DNA of 64,000 nucleotides, from assembly GCA_951406725.2 (NCBI GenBank), contig OX597819.1:5208001-5272000 (forward strand), read 5' to 3'. Shown here one piece after another: positions 1 to 12,298 of this stretch; position 1 is the first letter of the stretch, and each line of letters starts with the position of its first letter. The notes under the pieces are model-generated. The model did no database searches, was not told the origin of the DNA, and saw nothing but the letters and a program-made list of their open reading frames with translations. The translations under genes were made by a program, and so were the position numbers. This stretch comes from Octopus vulgaris (lineage: Eukaryota).

Positions 1-316
1 AGTGAGACTGAAACCCAGACATTGTGGTTGTGAAACAAGCTTCTTATCACACTGCCATGTCTGCGCCTGTCTTTACTTTTCATTTTTTACTTGTCTCAAT
101 CATTGGACCATGCCATACTGGAGCAATTCTTTGAAGAGTTTAGTCAAACAGATCAACCCCCCAGTATTTATTTTTTAAAAACCTGGTACTTGTTCTATCG
201 ATCTCTTTTGTTGAAGTTATGGGGGATGCAAACAAACCAACACCAATTGTCAAGCGGTGGTAGGGGACAAACACAAGGCACATAACATAGATACATACAT
301 GTCTGTCTGTATTTTG

Positions 317-383
<67 letters not shown>

Positions 384-384
<1 letters not shown>

Positions 385-772
385 TAGCAGTATCGCGTTG
401 CTCGGGTTTGTAAGGGAAATAACTATATAAGCATTTTTAGAGATGTAAAGTGTAATAGCCATCTCAATATGGCTAACCACAAAGGGGGGGGGGTTACTGT
501 AGCTTTTTACGTTCTGAGATTTAATAATAAATTTTTAGAGAGTTACTTCCCTTATATATGCCAAAAATGCATTAAAAATGGAAAAAATTGATGGTAAATT
601 TTTTTTTAAATCGTAGACTCATCGTAGACGCGTGCTAATACCCAGAAGGGCTCGATATGAATCACGACTATAAGATACCCGGTTTTGGTTAAACTGCACC
701 GCAAAATGTGGGAGTAGTTAGGAATCTAAATCGTAGGAGACAGACACACAACTTCACTTTTATATATAAAGA
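384..772 (-). mobile_element. Non-autonomous Helitron-like element, family H1, inserted inside a degenerate SINE-A (about 73-940)
   Basis: On the minus strand it begins TCTTTATATATAAAAG and ends with the remnant of the CCCGAGCAACGCCGGG hairpin plus CTAG. No TIR or TSD. Four copies in the window. Confidence 0.75.
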
Positions 773-2296
773 TATATATATACATACACACACATACATA
801 TGGCAGGCATCTTTCAGTTCTCATCTCCCAAATCCACTTACAAAGCTGTAGTTGAAGGCACTTGCCCAAGGTACCATACAGTGAGACTAAACCCATGACC
901 ACATGTTTGGAAAGCAAGCTTTTTAATCATACACCCACTCTTCCAGCTCAGTTTAGTAGGCCTGACTATAGGATCCAATGTATCCCTTTTTCAAGAAGAG
1001 ACAGGATGTGATTCATAACAAATTTATCTGCTATTTCTTGGTGATCAAGTAACTATGATTAGAAGATGATTTGGGTGCTATTTCTAGCCCATGTAAAGGC
1101 TTTTTCAATGGCTAAGTGTAGGGTAAAACATTATGGTAATTGTATGAGTTAGTCTATTGGTCATACATTGGCGAAAATAAATTTAAGACCGATGATAAAA
1201 GGTCTTACAAATATTGAATTTCTAAATGTCTCAAAGAGACCTGAGCGGTGGTGGAGTGATAGAGCGGTTGTATACTGTCAACTTAATGTGACAGTCCTGT
1301 AGAGGGAATTACACCACCGCTGTTTAGCCCTAGGAAATATTTAGCCCTTTGCAAATATAAGGACACAGGAAATGTATCAAAGCCGACAGGAAGCGTCAAT
1401 GTTTCCTAGGGCTAAATGGCGATGGTGTGATTCCCTTTACGGAACTGTCACATTATGTTGTGACAGTTCTATTTCTTACAAAATATTTTGTTATTGTCTG
1501 CATAATTCGAAAGAGAAATAAATTCTGAATAAGGTATAAAAGATAAAAATAATTTGTATAGTGTCAGTAACAAAATATTTTGTAAGAAATAGAACTTTTA
1601 TCATTGGTCTTAAATTTATTTTCCCCAGTGTAGGTCATTAGTTTGTTATGGCCAACTCATTGTAAACCTCTCTGGCTCCAACTCATCAAATTGTAAATAG
1701 ATGCAATGAGGAGAACTGTTGTTTATGTTGAATGTCTTCACCTTCATCTTCTACCAGTTACTTTTTTTTTCTAGTATGATATATCGATTCTTTTCTTTTT
1801 AATATCTTGGCTAGTGAAGTAAATTTGAGTAATACCAATATCATCATTGCCAGGAGCGTTACCACAGCCAGCCTCTTCTTCCTTGTCATCACTATCATGA
1901 GAGCACCATCACCACCACCACAACTACTGCCAGCAACCATCATCATCGTTATTATCCATCGTAGTGAGTGATAGTTAGATCACACTGAAAAACATGATTA
2001 GATGTTTCTATGTTTGTAAATAACAAGAGCTCTGTTTAATTAACGATCATTTCATAAACACATTGTTTGTGTTGAAGTCCTGAACTAAAAGCATTAACAT
2101 TTGTGTCCTCTTCTAATCAATTCTATTCAGTTCTGTTACCACTTGATACAACAGCTGTGAATTACTCATCTATATAAACGAGTGCTATGGTAATGATGTG
2201 GTGGCTGCTGATTTGGGACTAAATGATCACAAAATAACAATGATGAAGCAGACTTATGACCAAAGATGCTCCAGCCTTGACCATCCCATCTTTTAA

Positions 2297-2497
2297 CCCT
2301 TTAACCTTCAGATTACTCTGCTAAATATAATGCTTATTTATCCACATTGTTCGCCTCATCTTGTATCTTTGATATTTTGGTGTGACTTTATTTTTAGTAT
2401 AACATTGTAAGGTAAGTGTGAGAAGCCGGATATGGCCAGTTTGAACATAAAACAGATGGAGTATTGTCCAGATACGACCAGTTTAAATGCTAAAGGG
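2297..2497. mobile_element. piggyBac-type MITE (related copies at about 8864-9130, 23140-23334, 63535-63735)
   Basis: TTAA|CCCTTTA ... TAAAGGG|TTGA ends. Shared internal CAGATTACTCTG..AATGCTTATTT. Confidence 0.65.
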
Positions 2498-3018
2498 TTG
2501 ATCAAACAATGTATCTTAAAACTACATTATCTGATCATCATCATCATCATCATCATCGTCATTTTATGTCCATGTTTCCATGCTTTCATGAGTCAACCAA
2601 GTTGTCACAGTCCAAGTCAGTTCTTATTCAGAATTTACTGCTGTCCTAGACAGCTCAGAAACCATGGTTACTACAGTCTGTCCATCTGTTTCGCAGAATG
2701 TATTGGGTAATTTTATCAGAGCAGGGACACTGGAAATGTTGTCTTGTTCCCAACAAAACTGAAAAAATCTTTTCTCCAATCTATTCATACATTCAGTGCA
2801 ATGCATCCTACATTTTTTTTTTTATTGTAGAGTTTAATTAAAGAAAGACATAGCTGCTATTTCTTGCAGTTGGTATTTTTATCCCTCTATCTGTCTTCTT
2901 TGCCCACTATTCCTGGAAGATTCATCAGAGTACAGTTCTCAGGCACCTCATCTCAGAAGCAATTGTCATTCTACTTCCTAGCTGGATCACCAAGTGTTAC
3001 CGATACTTGGATATTAGA

Positions 3019-3250
3019 TATTTATTTCTTTGTTGCCCACAGGGGGCTAAACATAGAGGGGACAAACAAGGACAGGCAAAGGGATTAAATCGATTACATT
3101 AACCACAGTGCGTAACTGGTACTTATTTAATCGATCCCGAAAGGATGAAAGGCAAAGTTGACCTCGGCGGAATTTGAACTCAGAACGTAACGGAAGACGA
3201 AATATGGCTACGCATTTCGCCCGGCGTGCTAACGATTCTGCCAGCTCACC
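3019..3250 (-). mobile_element. SINE family F monomer (other copies at about 15226-15420, 39940-40060, 41758-41964, 46725-46935, 46975-47187, 56240-56390)
   Basis: Head GGTGAGCTGGCAGAA (A-box-like), GAGTTCAAATTCC (B box), conserved GCCTTTCATCCTTTCGGG..CGAT..AAGTACCAG central domain. Confidence 0.8.
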
Positions 3251-3512
3251 AGCCAACCGTCTTATTCTTGATTTACCGCCTAAGTCTCCTACTGGACGGT
3301 TTGGCTTGAAGAATCCATCTTAAGATTCTTTCTTGCAACATTCTAATCACAAGTTTATTGTACCATTACTGTAACTTCATAATGCAAAGAAGTTGTACCT
3401 CAGTCCGGAAAAACTCCTTTACCTCTAAGCTGTGCACCCTGTCCAGCATGTTTCTCTGGTATTCCTTCAGAGCTACCCCATTTCATCTACTTGTATTTGC
3501 TATCGTATTCTA

Positions 3513-3901
3513 TTTACTATTTTACTTGTTTCAGTCATTTGACTGCGGCCATGCTGGGGCACCGCTTTTAGTCGAGCAAATCGACCCCAGAACTTATTCT
3601 TTGTAAGCCTAGTACTTATTCTATCGGCCTCTTTGCTGAACTGCTAAGTTACGTGGATGTAACCACACCAGCATCGGTTGTCAAGCAATGCTAGGGGGAC
3701 AAACACACACACACACGTACATATATATACATATATATGACAGGCTTCTTTCAGTTTCCGTCTACCAAATCCACTCACAAGGCTTTGGTCAGCCCGAGGC
3801 TATAGTAGAAGACACATGCCTAAGGTGCTATGCAGAGGGACTGAACCTGGAACCATGTGGTTGGTAAGCAAGCTACTTGCCACACATCCACTCCTACGCC
3901 T
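3513..3901 (-). mobile_element. SINE family A (tRNA-type head, central CA/TA microsatellite, GAGTAAA tail)
   Basis: Family head GGCGCAGGAGTGGCTGTGTGG (A box)...GGTTCAGTCCC (B box). More than 12 copies in the window. Confidence 0.85.
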
Positions 3902-3963
3902 TCTTTCAGAATTTTTCATCTTCTGTTAATTTTTTTTTTTATATTTCTGTATGTCTTTTGCAG

Positions 3964-4089
3964 ACTTAAGAAACGGCTGGAAAATACTAAGTCCGATGAA
4001 GTCATTTATTGTCTATGCTGCCACTTCGAGTGAAAAATCAGAGTGGATGGCCCATATCCGCAAATGTGTTTCATATTTAATCAAGAAAA
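3964..4089 (+). CDS. PLEKHF2: PLEKHF2/Phafin2-like exon (C-terminal part of PH domain); earlier exons lie before the window
   Basis: ttttgcag acceptor, GTAAGT donor, phase 1/1. Translates (D)LRNGWKILSPMKSFIVYAATSSEKSEWMAHIRKCVSYLIKK, closely resembling the Phafin2 PH end as I recall it (DLRNGWLIKTPTKSFAVYAATATEKSEWM). Confidence 0.93.
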
Positions 4090-6242
4090 GTAAGTTTGCA
4101 CTTTACTTCTTCATTCAGTTTAATCATGCATGTGACTTATTTCTCCACTACATCAATAGTTTCTTGTGAAGTTGGCACTCTAAAGTGTCCAAACAATATA
4201 CACATCAGTAATTTTCTTAACTCACACAGCATTGCATCTTACCATTATTAAAGCGAATGTTTTAGTCTTTAACAATCAATGTATATTAAAATGAAATTAA
4301 TGATGAACACCAGCTTCAGCTGTTTCTAATAAGGTCCAAGCAACCAACCTAGGGAAGAAATACATGAATTACAATCATAGGTATAACCATTGATGGTTAC
4401 CTTGCAACTATATCATTAAGAACCAGCTCTACAATCAAGTATTATTCAAATCAGCTGATTCCAACATTAATCTTTTAGTAGTAGCTCCATAATTATTATC
4501 ATACAAGATGACTGTGACAACATTAAACATTGAGAGTCAGCATAACAATTAAATCAGTGACATTAACCAAAACTACAACTGTAAATGATGGTGTTGTGAA
4601 CAAGCCTTCATTGTCATCGTCATCATTTAACATCTGTTTTCCATGCTAGCATGAGTTGGACAGTTTGACCAGAACTGGCAAGGTCAGGGGCCGCACCAGG
4701 CTCCATTGTCTGTTTGCAGTGGATCTTGCATGCATGAAGTGGATTCGATCCACCGTAGCCAAATTTAAATTAACACTGCAACAGAACTTTTCCCATGGTG
4801 GAACAATGGTTTTTCTGTGACAGCAGTTTGACATTCGCCAGATTGCCTTTAGCTAGGCCAAAAAAATGTCTTCACCACTTCACCCTTTCTAACCTCTTCT
4901 ACTTCACCAAAAGCTAGAATAGAGATAACAAGACCACCAACTAAATCTATTGTTCTCAATGATATGTCTATCCTTCTTAATAGTTATAAAAGCAAGAACA
5001 CCCCAAGCAAAAATCAGTTGGTAACGATTCAACAAGTCCAGTCACATGGTGACAACTCAACCAGTTAGTCACTTCGGTGACAACAAAGTCTGGCAGACCA
5101 GCTAGAACCTTGGTCAGAGAGAGAAATGAAGTTTGCTGTCAGCAACTGAGACAACACCCTACAATTCCCACTAGCTCTAATTCTCTTCTCTTACAACATC
5201 ATTCTATCTCTCTCTGTAATTAAGAGGACACAAACACAAACTTTACTTAGTGTGGTTTCTGTGGCTGGACACCTTCCTAGCACCAACCACTCCACAGAGT
5301 GTAATGGATTGGTGTGTGATTGGTAAGACTGATACCATAAATATTCTGCTTAAACCATTGCAAGTCAACAGCTGCAGGAAAAACACAAAGAAATTGTAGA
5401 AGGTTGGTGTTCTTGGGAGAAAGGTTTATATGCAGTTGTTAGTTTGAGGCCTAGAGCAGGTGGGTTTGGATATCACATGGGGGATATAAGATGAGGGGGG
5501 GAGAAAGTGAGTCAGAAGTATCAAGTACCCTTTCAATGCAGTCTGGGATGTTTGTGTATATCAAAGTAGTGCTGATGTAGGAGCCTTACTTCATTGTAGT
5601 CTTCTCTTTTGTTTTGTGGAGTGTCAGCAATTGTCGGGAGCTAAAGTATATTCAGGCCCTGAAGAGAAGAGCCAGTCTTTAGGATGCAGTCCTAGCTGTT
5701 ATAGAGAGATCCTCAGTGTTAGTGAGGCCTAACATTTGAAGCACCTGTGGAGCATTAGTTGAGTGCTGCTTGTGTTTAAGGGGTTTGTGGCCCTAGTATG
5801 GGGACGGCACCACTTTTGGCTCTGCTGTGGGTAATTGTAATTTTTGCATGGGGGCATAAAACTGAAAGGTCGTCCCAGGTGGCACACACTCTAGCTCCAC
5901 CAGTGGTGTGTGGTGCCATGTATTTTTCAAATTTGAGTAGTGCTTTGTGTTTTATACTTTTTAAAATAAATGTTGCCATCTATCTTCTGGTCATCCCAAT
6001 CCATCAGACCTATTGCCAAGGTATTACAGTTGCAAATATCCTATCTTATTTTCAGATAAAGTTTATCTAGGACTACATTATCCAATGTGACTTTCCTTTT
6101 TTTTTAAAGATGAATGGATGTGATTTGAGAGAGATTCAGCTGTTGTTTTTAACAAATTGAATTCTATATCAGAACATACTTCTTTAGAATTGAATACCTG
6201 CCACCCCACCTTTTCTCTTAAACATTTCTGCTTCTTTTTCAG

Positions 6243-6352
6243 GAGGAATTGAGCAAAAACCAGATCTGAACTGCCCAGTTTGGGTGCCAGATTCAGATGC
6301 ATCTGAATGTATGCTTTGTAAAAAATCCGTTTTCTCTGTTATTAACAGACGG
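6243..6352 (+). CDS. PLEKHF2: PLEKHF2-like exon (start of FYVE domain)
   Basis: tttttcag acceptor, GTGAGT donor, phase 1/0. RGIEQKPDLNCPVWVPDSDASECMLCKKSVFSVINRR contains the WxxD motif, first CxxC and the RR of RRHHCR. Confidence 0.93.
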
Positions 6353-6873
6353 GTGAGTGGTCCAGCAGTTTCTCTTTCTGACTGTTATTCAGATATTTCA
6401 ACTTTGTTTTCTTCTGAGTAGTACAAGGCTAATTGATTCCTAGAATAAACATGGTCAAATGAATTGACCTCATATTATTGATATTTTTTTCACTTTCCCT
6501 GTCCCTAAGCCTGTATTGGTAACTGAATATACAACTAAATAAATTGCAGTATTAACCAAAAACACTTATTTAATAAGATAGTTGAAGCTACTTTGTTGAT
6601 ATTGTATTCTGAATTACAGGTTTGGTGGCAGAGAGTTCTAAGTGAAAATCATGTTTTAAAAAACTTCTATCAACAGATTTGGAAACGAGTTTGAAATTTG
6701 TATAGTTTATAGGCACAGGTGTGGCTGTGTAATTAAGACGCTTGCTTCCCAACCATATTCTCTTGGGTTCAGCTCCACTACATGACACATTGAGCAAGTA
6801 TCTTCTGCTATAGCTCTAGGCCAACCAAAACCTTGTGGATGGAAACTGATAAAAATCTCTTGTGTGTGTATAT

Positions 6874-7110
6874 ATCTATTATATAAAATCCATTCTGTTT
6901 GTCTGTCTGTGTGTGTGTGTGTCTTCTAGGATCTCGGGCATCCTCCATCCGATTGCACTCAAATTTGATATGTAGATACCGACGATATCAGGGCGTGTAT
7001 AAGTCTTGAAAAAATTACAAAAATCGGTTCCAGGTGAGAATGCGATTGATAAAGCCATTGGAACGTGCATTTATATGCGCAAGTACATCAGCTGTTGCAA
7101 TGTACTTACT
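6874..7110 (+). mobile_element. 5' portion of a third Helitron-like element, abutting a SINE-A head (6710-6870)
   Basis: A|TCTATTATATAAAA...TGTCTGTCTG start resembles the H1 and H2 5' ends. No 3' CTAG end found. Confidence 0.4.
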
Positions 7111-7440
7111 GGTACTTTAAACTCTTCGGTTGCATATTTGCGTGAATAAAATCGTTTTTCTTTGGAATAGAAAAAAAGTCTATCTTTATTTCTTCTTTCG
7201 CTGGTGTCTCAAATGAGTTGCACCTGTATTTCAAAGGGACAGTCTTGTCATGCTATGTGTCACATTGAATCTCCCTGCGAACTGTGTTAAAGGTACACAT
7301 GTCTGTGGAGCGCTCAGCCACTTGCATGTTATTTTCACAAGCAGGCTGTTCAGTTGATTGGATTAACTGGAACCCTAGTCATATTTACTGATGGAGTGCC
7401 AGTGAATATGGATGAAAGTGTGTATATGTATGTGTATATA

Positions 7441-7491
<51 letters not shown>

Positions 7492-7513
7492 ATATGTATG
7501 TATATATATATAC

Positions 7514-7971
7514 AGGCGCAGGAGTGGCTGTGTGGTAAGTAGCTTGCTAACCAACCACATGGTTCCGGGTTCAGTCCCACTGCGTGGCATCTTGGGCAAG
7601 TGTCTTCTGCTATAGCCCCGGGCTGACCAATGCCTTGTGAGTGGATTTGGTAGACGGAAACTGAAAGAAGCCTGTTGTATATATGTATATATATGTATAT
7701 ATGTGTTTGGGTGTCTGTGTTTGTCCACCTAGCATTGCTTGACAACCGATGCTGGTGTGTTTATGTCCCTGTTACTTAGCGGTTCGGCAAAAGAGACCGA
7801 TAGAATAACTACTGGGCTTACAAAGAATAAGTCCCGGGGTCGAGTTGCTCGATTAAAGGCGGTGTTCCAGCATAATAGAAGACACTTGCCCAAGTTGCCA
7901 CGCAGTGGGACTGAACCCGGAACCATGTGGTTAGTAAGTAAGCTACTTACCACACAGCCACTTACGCGCCT
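7514..7971 (+). mobile_element. SINE-A (7514-7873, tail truncated) fused to an inverted SINE-A head (7874-7971)
   Basis: Direct comparison with the other copies. Confidence 0.85.
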
Positions 7972-8517
7972 ATGATTGATTGATTTTTTTTCCTGCGCCT
8001 GTCTCTTCATTGAGTTTGTTTTTTAATCTGATACTGCAGCGTGGTTATAACACTTAACTTCGAATGATTTCATTAACCTACTTGAAAATAGTTACATAAA
8101 AAAAAGTGCAGCTTGTAGCCATTAGTAACATTTAGTAATTAATGAAGGTTTCATTAACTTGCAGAGTTAGCTCATGTTCCCATAGAGCTTGGAGAAAGAC
8201 AACTCAGTCAAAATGACTCGCCTCAATGCTCTGAATTTTAAAGTATTGTTGGGAGTCAACTTTATCTAAAGTAAGCATCATAATAGTTACTGGGCTCAAT
8301 AAATAGATTGAACCCCTCCTCTACAAAAGCTAGTTTTGTGGCACATAGATAATCTGGCATTCAATTTATTCACCTTGATAGCCTCCTCTCTACTCAGTAT
8401 TTCAATCACTGACCAATAACAAGAGACAATTCTTTAGCCATCACAAAAGCAACCTGCCTGGGAGGTTTTGTTTAATAAATCGATGTTTTGTTCTTCTCTA
8501 CTATTACAGTTGTCTCA

Positions 8518-8548
<31 letters not shown>

Positions 8549-9874
8549 ATTAACACTTGCACACACACAATTATTATCTTCATTAGCAATTGTCATTTGA
8601 ACGTAATTTTCTTCGTTAGCATGAGTTCAATGGATTTGTTGTACAGCATATTGCCACTTGCTTTGGTCTTTCATTATGTTTTCTGCAAGACCCATTCATT
8701 ATCCTGAGATCTACTTCAATCTCAATAGCAACAATAGTGGACCTGAAATTAAGAAAGTTGTTGCTGCCTGTAGTGGGGATTGTTTAACTATGTTGACTTG
8801 TATTTTAAACTGGGTAGCTTTCTTATCCTAACCACTAGCTGTGGCACTTAGTGTGCCATCTAAACCCTTTCAATACCAAACTGCCTGTGATTGCCCCTTG
8901 TTGCGTAATAAAACTTCCTGTTTTAGCCCTTTAGCCATATCCAGCCCAAACATTCTACTTCTTTTATGATCAAACCAGCCATATCCAGCTTCTCACACCT
9001 AGCCTATAATGTCATTCTAAAAATAAACAATCAGATCATTGAAATCTTGGAGCTATGAGACAATGCTTGATTGGTATAAAACAATATTAATAGATATGCA
9101 TTACATTTGATAGAGTAATTTGAATGATAAATTAAAAAAACCTTCCATCAAGATTTCATGTTAATTTGTGTCCTAAACACCAGCTTAATAATGACAAAGT
9201 TACTTTTACTAAATTTGTGTGAAAATATGGTAACAAAAGAGTCTGTGCTCTAAAGAGATATTAGTTTCTATTGTGAATGGCTCTTCACCTAGGCAGGTTG
9301 CTTTTGTGATGGCTAAAGAATTGTTGTCTCTTGTTATTGGTCAGTGATTGAAATACTGAGTAGAGAGGAGGCTATCAAGGTGAATAAATTGAATGCCAGA
9401 TTATCAAGATTGGCTTGGTTGCATATTAGCAACAGAGGTCAGAAGCAAAGAAAGGGTTATCATGATACCAAGCAAGCCACATAAGATCATTAAATTCATA
9501 GAAATAATTAAAATCATTAAATTCATAAAAAGCAAAACCCCACATCATAAAGATCATTAAATTCATGTGAGCCATACAAGATCATTAAATTCACCAGAAA
9601 TCAATATGATCATTGAATTCATAAACAATTATAGAAAATATAGAATAATAATAATTAAAAAAAAATCTTAATGAGAAAATTTTATGATAGATGAGGAAAC
9701 AGTAAATTAATGGTATTTAAAAAATTAGAACCAATAGAAAGACGAAACAAATGTCCCTAGGCTGTGTGTGTGTGAGAGAGAGAACGAGAAAGCATGTGGC
9801 CTGGTGCTTATTGCAGGGGTTTGCAGCCAGGATCCACGTAAGATTTTGTTGTCAAAGTTCATGTGCACTAATCG

Positions 9875-9983
9875 GTTATACTTTTGCCAAATCACTAAGT
9901 TACAGGGACGTAAACACACCAGCATCGGTTGTCAAGCGATGTTGGGGGGACAAACATATACACATTATCTATTAATTTGTTAT

Positions 9984-10021
<38 letters not shown>

Positions 10022-10502
10022 AATATGTGGAGGCGCAATGGCCTAGTGGTTAGGGCAGCGGACTCGCGGTCGTAGGATCGCGGTTTCGATTCCCAGACCG
10101 GGCGTTGTGAGTGTTTATTGAGCGAAAACACCTAAAGCTCCACGAGGCTCCAGCAGGGCGTGGTGGCGATCCCTGCTGTAATCTTTCGCCACAACTTTCT
10201 CTCACTCTTTCTACTGTTGGCCTGCTCGCTTAGCCAGCGGGGTGGCGTCATTCGAAGGCTAAAACAATGCAAACGCATTGTGACCAGCGATGTGTAACTA
10301 CATCTGATGGACTGGTCGGTCACGTGATCACGTGATATACATATATACAATGGGCTTCTTTCAGTTTCCATCTACCAAATCTACTCACAAGGCTTTGGTC
10401 GGCCCGAGGCTATTGTAGAAGACACTTGCCCAAGTTGCCGCACAGAACCCAGAACCATGTGGTTTATAAGCAAGCTACTTACCACACAGCCACTTCTACA
10501 CC
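9875..10502 (-). mobile_element. SINE-A split at its microsatellite by a SINE-C insertion
   Basis: Tail half at about 9875-10020, head half at about 10340-10502. Confidence 0.8.
10027..10336 (+). mobile_element. SINE family C (tRNA-type head), variant 3' body
   Basis: GTGGAGGCGCAATGGCCTAGTGGTTAGGGCAGCGGACTCGCGG..GGTTTCGATTCCC carries A and B boxes. Ends CACGTGATCACGTGAT. Confidence 0.82.
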
Positions 10503-10535
10503 TAACCTTTATTTATATATTTTTTTATTTTGCAG

Positions 10536-10692
10536 CATCACTGTCGGAAATGTGGCATCGTAGTATGTAACCCATGCTCCAGCAGTAAGCTTCTTCTCCC
10601 ACAGCAATCATCAAAACCTCAGAGGGTGTGCAACAACTGTTACCAAGCATGTGCAAATAACAGTTCAGCTGCTACTTCACCGACTGACATTT
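10536..10692 (+). CDS. PLEKHF2: PLEKHF2-like exon (FYVE core)
   Basis: ttttgcag acceptor, GTGAGT donor, phase 0/1. HHCRKCGIVVCNPCSSSKLLLPQQSSKPQRVCNNCY contains the HHCR and RVC motifs. Confidence 0.95.
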
Positions 10693-11011
10693 GTGAGTAT
10701 TTCCTTCATTCACACTAACCAGGCAGGTTTGTGTAACCTCAAATTTTGCAGAGTGACGCTGTTGCTGCTGCTGCTGCTGCAGTTTCAAGTCATTATTTAT
10801 AGCATGACCAGCCATTGCATATATCATCATTATAGAAATGACAAAGAGTCAGGAAAACAAGAATCTGTTAATTACTCGCCTCTACAGCATCAGCTGCTGT
10901 GAGAATCTTAAGCCTCATTTTTCTTTACTTCTTTATCATCTTACCGCGCCTTAGATATAAAAAGGACCTTTAAATATAGATGTGTTTACCTTTCAAATTT
11001 GCTGGTCATGC

Positions 11012-11087
<76 letters not shown>

Positions 11088-11095
<8 letters not shown>

Positions 11096-11365
11096 AAACC
11101 ACCTTTTATCAATTCAAAATGAACAATTAAATTACACCATCTAGAAAATTACATATAATAGAAATATTAAAATTAAAATAACAATAATATACCGATGATT
11201 AAGTAAATTGCAAAATAATAAAAACGTATATATTTGTTATTCTACCAAATATATGTTTTTATTGTTATTTTGCAATTTAATTTTAATATTTCTATTATAT
11301 GTAATTGTCTAGATGGTGTAATTTAATTATTCATTTTGAATTGATAAAAGGTGTTTTTTTTCTAA
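11088..11365. repeat. AT-rich foldback inside (TA)n microsatellites
   Basis: TTAGAAAAAAACCACCTTTTATCAATTCAAAATGAA.. vs ..TTCATTTTGAATTGATAAAAGGTGTTTTTTTTCTAA. Confidence 0.85.
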
Positions 11366-11456
11366 TTTTTATATATATATATTATATTTTGTGAAATTTG
11401 ATTTAGTATTTCTAAATTGAATTTTTCCCTGAAGTTAGGAATAATGTTCCCTCAAA

Positions 11457-11497
<41 letters not shown>

Positions 11498-11877
11498 CAG
11501 CAGTGTCAGTGCCAAGCAATGTTTAGGCATAACTGAAATTTAGCTGAATTAAAATATGTTTGTGATAAACCTCAGCTTCTAAAGACAAATTCACTGCAGT
11601 TACCATGGAGAACACAATTCAGTCTTATGGCAAAAGGTGTAAAAACACCATATCTGCCGTCTGTTGGATTCCCAGACATTCACAAAGGCATTCAGCCATA
11701 GAAAATCTGCCCCAATTAGCTCTATCTTCTGACCCATTGCAATCGTGGAAAAGTTGAAACAACAACAATGATAATGGTGATGTGTGTGTGGTAGGTTCAT
11801 GGCTGTTCTTGGCATTTTCCATTGGAATTCATTTATCAGCAGGTTTAGGTTGTAGGCTTGAAGAATGAAAAAAATAC

Positions 11878-12089
11878 TTACTCTTTTACTTGCTTCAGTC
11901 ATTTGACTGCAGCCATGCTGGAGCACCACCTTTTAGTCGAGCAACTCGACCCCGGGATTTATTCTTTTGTAAGCCCAGTACTTATTCTATTGGTCTCTTT
12001 TGCCGAACCGCTAAGTTATGGGGACGTAAACACACCAGCATCGGTTGTCAAGCGATGTTGGGGGGACAAACACAGACACACAAACATAT

Positions 12090-12139
<50 letters not shown>

Positions 12140-12298
12140 GACGGGCTTCTTTCAGTTTCCATCTACCAAATCCACTCACAAGGCTTTGGTCGGCCCGAGG
12201 CTATAATAGAAGACACTTGCCCAAGGTGCCGTGCAGTGGGACTGAACCCGGAACCATGTGGTTGGTAAACAAGCTACTTACCACACAGCCACTCCTAC
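11878..12298 (-). mobile_element. SINE-A, full length
   Basis: Matches the family consensus end to end. Confidence 0.87.

Noticed and set aside
9484-9622. CRISPR array
   Set aside because: Repeats are only 16 bp, spacers are 11-24 bp and irregular, there are no cas genes, and the context is a eukaryotic intron.
10027-10100. Functional tRNA gene (also the SINE-A and SINE-F heads)
   Set aside because: A and B boxes are present, but there is no clean cloverleaf or acceptor stem and each continues into a multicopy SINE body.
11188-11235. Hammerhead-like words (CCGATGA..AAAACGTA) in the centre of the AT-rich foldback
   Set aside because: Both core segments are mutated and stem II cannot be built convincingly in such AT-rich sequence.
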